Assembly (NCBI GenBank): GCA_001724265.1 | Contig: MEDY01000139.1 | Span: forward strand, 1-64,000 | Reading direction: 5' to 3' | DNA: 64,000 bases | Origin: Rhizaria sp. SCN 62-66 | Lineage: Eukaryota | In this document: positions 63,201-64,000 of the stretch, piece after piece | How the letters are laid out: each line of letters starts with the position of its first letter | Position numbering within the stretch: the stretch's first letter is position 1 | Translations under genes and position numbers: made by a program | Notes under the pieces: generated by a model | What the model saw: only the letters and a program-made list of their open reading frames with translations | Told to the model about the DNA's origin: nothing | Database searches by the model: none

Positions 63201-63313
63201 GCAAGCTCGGCACAGCTGTGGCACAGTTCCCCGCGTCAGATGATGCATCGAATCGTAAAAAGAGCTTCAGTAGTTGTAGTAGCTCAGAAAGCGTTCAAAA
63301 TCTTTTATCGTAA
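51239..63313 (+). CDS. Giant membrane-bound class III nucleotidyl (guanylyl-type) cyclase, 4024 aa, single catalytic domain
   Basis: About 6 hydrophobic helices (~59630-60220), helical linker LVANLVPPRVAREL, VSVLFSDIKGFT, KVETIGDAYM, MRIGIHTGALVAGVVG, PRYHIFGDTVAIANLMESAG. Long low-complexity N- and C-termini. Ends at TAA. Confidence 0.9.
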   Translation: MNGHTRRGSSAASLLVPPGSTASGSGGLNANALGDGPRPYGTDFTNAIHPTVAPLAVSLASQSASDSTAAASAAAFAPASSASLSTSTSLAHSRSAADAYGPVQQSASQPAGAQSASASAFASASASASASASVSLSIASVPHSGPPGAANAAAATAGDGANGSGGGAGQHKLQLPRSPSPLPPLSPAQSQPLHAHTHAHAYAHTHAHGHGRHLQLSPLPPSPLSGASQSHSSAAHGHSVHGHQPPGAAQSGSTQPGSLGAYIHHSRPPSRTNTRMSDDRTSSNGSSNNSNNNSSSSSNAMDRSSSSINSLHQHQQLQQSPQSPQKQHQLDGPGQNPHGNARASTSQEFYRRSGRPGHHTHRQHQPQPYHHNQQQHQLQHQEQQPASYLQLGRRNSSSSSSSSNASSSASASSVQPQLFVSTPNTTTHTLGSSLSFGGPHHSNSSSSSSGGDSGSGSGSGHGSGSGHGGGRGSSGGAAGSAQFYAPAAAAAYLSSSLSSSAYNTNVGGYYIGAASLLSHGHGHNLLHSTTVPSPRRSLQITTRTPSPRPPAPPGQPPAHQSPAHRRPTPAPSPSPVAASSVAASPVAAARSGQPPRRGNGRSGNGNGNGGASGRQTPAASPKAEAPTATGPALSAGLTPVSLSATVPVPLSVPVPAGASGGGNVTPARRFWTDGPALAAAAAATATRPGTVGAAMAEHATTGHGQGGGGGGCYARSGEAKSSDAAATAVAGSGSSSSNSSTSACFASPQPLSLTPSPSPSPTSSAQLARAAAAAAAATLAAATAAEASSSRFPLLASQAAAGGVPAPPLLPLWRKPGGLSPRSALPSPHHQEQRQEQQQQHQQQQQHDRHTQQPLHQDHQYQSDHARLFEQQQQQQLMQQLRQHKQQLLQQVHAQAQSRPWPPLTPSPSRPSSRPQSRSGTGATRPPSRIGHSRPPSRLEFSTGGRLDFTSAVRGDGSSTSTSSGPLSSAGTVSAAASMSHSGMQSQPLHHQQPALYQHQIHHSHSNLQMQPQSRHNNDPGAHPQHWSPRYSVGSSSSSSASSPYRGSTSAHDYAPDAFAHSSHYEVGSAPFTSHRLDFGAVDCRPSDAESARPNIELSSHSFSRTVSREGFQSVHSQSPYQLYHNHQQPQQQQQHHQQQHWQQSPPHLMPLSQSQPQPAPETTTSALIVDDGTTSSSSSSFTRSGSASSSAAGSATEHNVDGETRDTDGDDSDDYAGARLSFSRHHSNYTDSDHVNPGGNTANGNSFVVIAGDVRSGLSLRDGDCAADNCDAAVATTGEIVMTGTRAESPNSKHIRNNSRVLSRVPSSGGAPRNRHSSRRSSSGAHHLRHHSPASMADNSGAGQSGLSGGAHKRRSRSKHPTLADTDAPNAAASAAAGGASGRRTTADSDASSGAIVTAVIPDTFAQSGLGRRLTMMAATSAGSSVTTTTTATATSPATATAATTEADGLSSVTRADSLTATVATVTATATASRTVSAVARQLAAVDVSAPSTVDRGALALTGCGSGGGSGSGDSLGQAPHLTTDLLTPHSVTASSPSVLLSPTNSTAAAAAAATATAAVIAAAAVNAAGNVGGAAVSGSGAGPMSPRPGGYLRRVSIASVPSLLVATQQGGGGGGLLSERHAQGAAPWLHSPLHGQVITPGHGRVGTPASASINTPSNLSTPGSTSLGSRGLLLSPQATAAHVMSPGGAYSTGSFAGSTFSGGARTPGSFPSAQLRAGLPAGVASVNASPSANSYFVTPLTCNPRVVSGQNTGAAANGAAENAASGVRPDERLGVGEWQWGWEGGKQQNLPNTPDSSTPRMTEPVQAHVQRNKARAKTATSMRPATIDTSTLVQTESHMSTSTLTQTSAHMATPESSSLSLSTTVGRVDGSMDDNKAPGRGDSRRDQANFSGQGPLDWPSPRFFLTEQQQKQPFYVKNEGVDGNVDGLDADALPSALCPTVVRTDSTNSVTAGASGLFSSFSPATRPRPQSPSHVSPFAHLSTLSAAAAVATAAEHVDLEQRSPVHGRDFLVHGPLSDSESDNAGENDVDEALQATQLVFDQQDHYAQNLQPECDYDEGDDYDCSPSSNRNAIDSFDQEHLAAHGRLTDSCTSRSRQLRLSQMPRASFSDNKSMSANETSNNDMSSSNVTNTHSDDVEENVAVYSVKHNASLDIRYPHAATATGASTSVSSQSISAAGANTQSEAAYMNSNNDASPDVHCQCGECVICARRRRFRLSFDAISDSDSSSGFGTNMTKIENDAEMMHNARDPASYAECLGNAAGNNIDSDNMANIAPNSNVDATMNSITQYESFNATEVAVTATNDANLPGSPAPMIEARNVRGGMRISLRGTTRGRGHRRSRSQSLSRSHSRSRSQSRSRSHSQAQSPRADDSSHNSNAPHQLMGVNAHLMQRLCHSALDDDGERGLARPRGHSLSEMSAQNECDSESTSDHSSDASSLTGDSPAMFTEPTKPSTPTVRSTNTPTSPTRHSSHNGVTCAAISNTVSTAAPNASRALQELSFAGSQANNNPLICRTNAALAGPMVRNGDCVSVAALTAGTVLSAGSALLRASSLESLRSAESALSLSLPTPTMFGAGASVTEPPTLTVASPVSHMSTDLATGTPQTMTMPAGALYGGDGNGNTDGIHAVPEYFADDDNNLYVSYDGGATLAPHQTTADCVIVEMSPDSAAYAASSGALFTTDSLSPQAVFATSEGTLAPTLKLRQEQQQRAAALAAERAERESATTAELAANDDRVEGLILEARREPELRRWERGETLLRASLVNSVTLAYADDENERLYAKSLFENRHTLVSTQLVPALWMLAFAAAFTSAVTATLASAVAPVTSQAVALHNSAISIAGVTVSGEGVLAAMVTAIARITASPLTPALSLSLGSTAPLLLAFTSLVNRHSSSAPRYIKDKYSHNTYKVIHGAMCLLFALALFVPLVLLQCDSEVVTIFSVLYAVVTVTLFVLPSQISLALCVLITMTLALFSTDVTMLVAATLFVAVVTATLSRFHDAASRANYTRSLLRKQSGNHRRELVANLVPPRVARELRKLNAHNSSNNVDASLDSNAAPTDAAAMLGSPTVSAVATASVIASAAATYAERHDCVSVLFSDIKGFTEFSANVSPVELVGNLNLLYTVFDHITTVHNVLKVETIGDAYMLAAGMEALSQKSSTRLRSDGDNGDIGHATRITACGFDMIDALRIIHVQTARRVVPPEVKRSRSKSISDRPNAEPTAEVAAAVMDGESTGSADINIAGDRPDGVNKANSSEAAVSNEPVMLPPLSMRIGIHTGALVAGVVGQKVPRYHIFGDTVAIANLMESAGEAGRVQVTHATAEQLEAEAVFPVVYRGCVRKGGHAVHSYWAYRNEGTLSRDLDFLKDNTKVEAPAREVNHTSPQQGQYDLAANGFIGSPVDGANNGPLRQWQHFRAQQQMRQAMLQEQRTAAAGNSDNFSVCDVDESFYYGQSQYDNNDDADSQYYINSSRYYNGDDSQSDSFYLDNSTSQYYDPDYGSEMNSEYLFYPRIPSANVYNTRLQQSQLDARSAANGGGENTSRSRDVWGIQRDWERFIAVDSNANSLHDAADRLSANNNGPSQAFSPLSPAARLPNASSFGRNNSGCNNTNEYYDAGGDFDSSSSSGRSISCMGAAPLDSHFVPGSSSVAIIDNDFAQVQDAHPRDDETFGNSEGSSITQHPFVGSTSPAPRSRSRNQLIRSAYPAKPSSSLGTNTAKHSPTNHHDHSNPDVGLRSPFEQLRALDTQFLPQPTPSPPPAAPVSSSSEHSQSQSSSSASSSFCSPYVSPELQYNRLLQSAALPPTVTSTANNATSMSNFSGNAARYQEYHESQQAQRHQQPIQPIIIGAASSSASMLTAAPPSQSQSSPQHMPQSHQQPSVYSQSPSRTLRSRTPSPLISQSSLRSSLPSHPQQQLPSTKLSAQLQLPVPAQLPDVLEDDAEVAAAAARAASPLVQFSSGFVWPTVAATSIAATVGTPAQAGLTPPPTATTLGVCKLGTAVAQFPASDDASNRKKSFSSCSSSESVQNLLS

Positions 63314-64000
63314 TTTGTGATCTCCCACGTTGTTTATCAACGCCTTCATTTTATGCCATCATTATTTCAATACGTATCTGTGAACCTCTTTCTATTTTCA
63401 TTTAAGCATTGTGCAACTCGTATGCGCAGTTCGTAAGTTTATTTCACTCACTATTTCAATCATTACCCTGACCGCTATTTCCGTTGATGTGCATTTCTCC
63501 CTTAGATGCATTTATTTAGTTTATGAAGTTATTATTTCCTTGATCTATATTAAGTTGTTCGGTGCATTGCCAAATGCAGATCCCGACTTGTTCTAGTGTG
63601 TTTGCGATGTTGTTTGTGGACTCAATGACTGTGTTGTTTGATACAGCAAGTGGTTCCGTACGACTAAAGCTTTCACCTTGTGTGCGTTGTGCGAGACGAA
63701 CTTCTCTTTCGTCTTAGTAATCAAAACCAGTATCAGTGAACCATTTGCCTTACTTCCGCGAATGGAACATGCGCCCGATGCTGATACCTGCACGTTCGTT
63801 TTTTTTTTTTTCTAATGCTTCAAAGACAGATATCTGTAGCAATGGCTGCGTTACTTTACGCAACCATGAATGCGCCACGTGACTGAGACCGACTTGTGAT
63901 TCCTATCAACTATCTAGTTTTTCGTTCGTGGCCACTTTATTGTGATATGCCGACTGTTTCCCCCCGTTTTATCTCTTTCTTCTGCAAGTTCAATGCAACT

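Noticed and set aside
1-64000. Transposons, viral genes, CRISPR arrays, rRNA, telomeric repeats
   Set aside because: No transposase, RT, integrase or capsid motifs, terminal repeats, repeat-spacer arrays or rRNA-like sequence were seen.

Overview
Gene-dense, GC-rich nuclear DNA from a non-animal eukaryote with a cytochrome-c-based mitochondrial respiratory chain (HCCS, SCO1, cytosolic Hsp101/ClpB, STT3, 110-300 nt spliceosomal introns). It holds about 13 protein genes: an ankyrin-repeat protein, an ALDH3-type aldehyde dehydrogenase, an F-box protein, POP7/Rpp20, HCCS, a giant ankyrin-Fic protein, Hsp101/ClpB, SCO1, a giant GAF-phosphodiesterase, STT3, an ARM-like/cyclophilin-like protein, a giant membrane class III nucleotidyl cyclase and a small unknown gene. 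The main signal is a probable variant nuclear genetic code. Seven in-frame TAG codons interrupt four otherwise continuous reading frames, which stay in phase and then end at TAA. The eight uninterrupted identifiable genes end in TAA or TGA, never TAG. UAG therefore appears to be a sense codon (local context favours Gln) while UAA and UGA remain stops. Secondary signals: all ten inferred introns start with GTACG(C/T); the Fic domain is reachable only through the TAG; the cyclase lacks the catalytic Asn/Arg pair; and the GAF domains are split by very large low-complexity inserts. All calls come from manual translation and motif recognition. No database searches were run.
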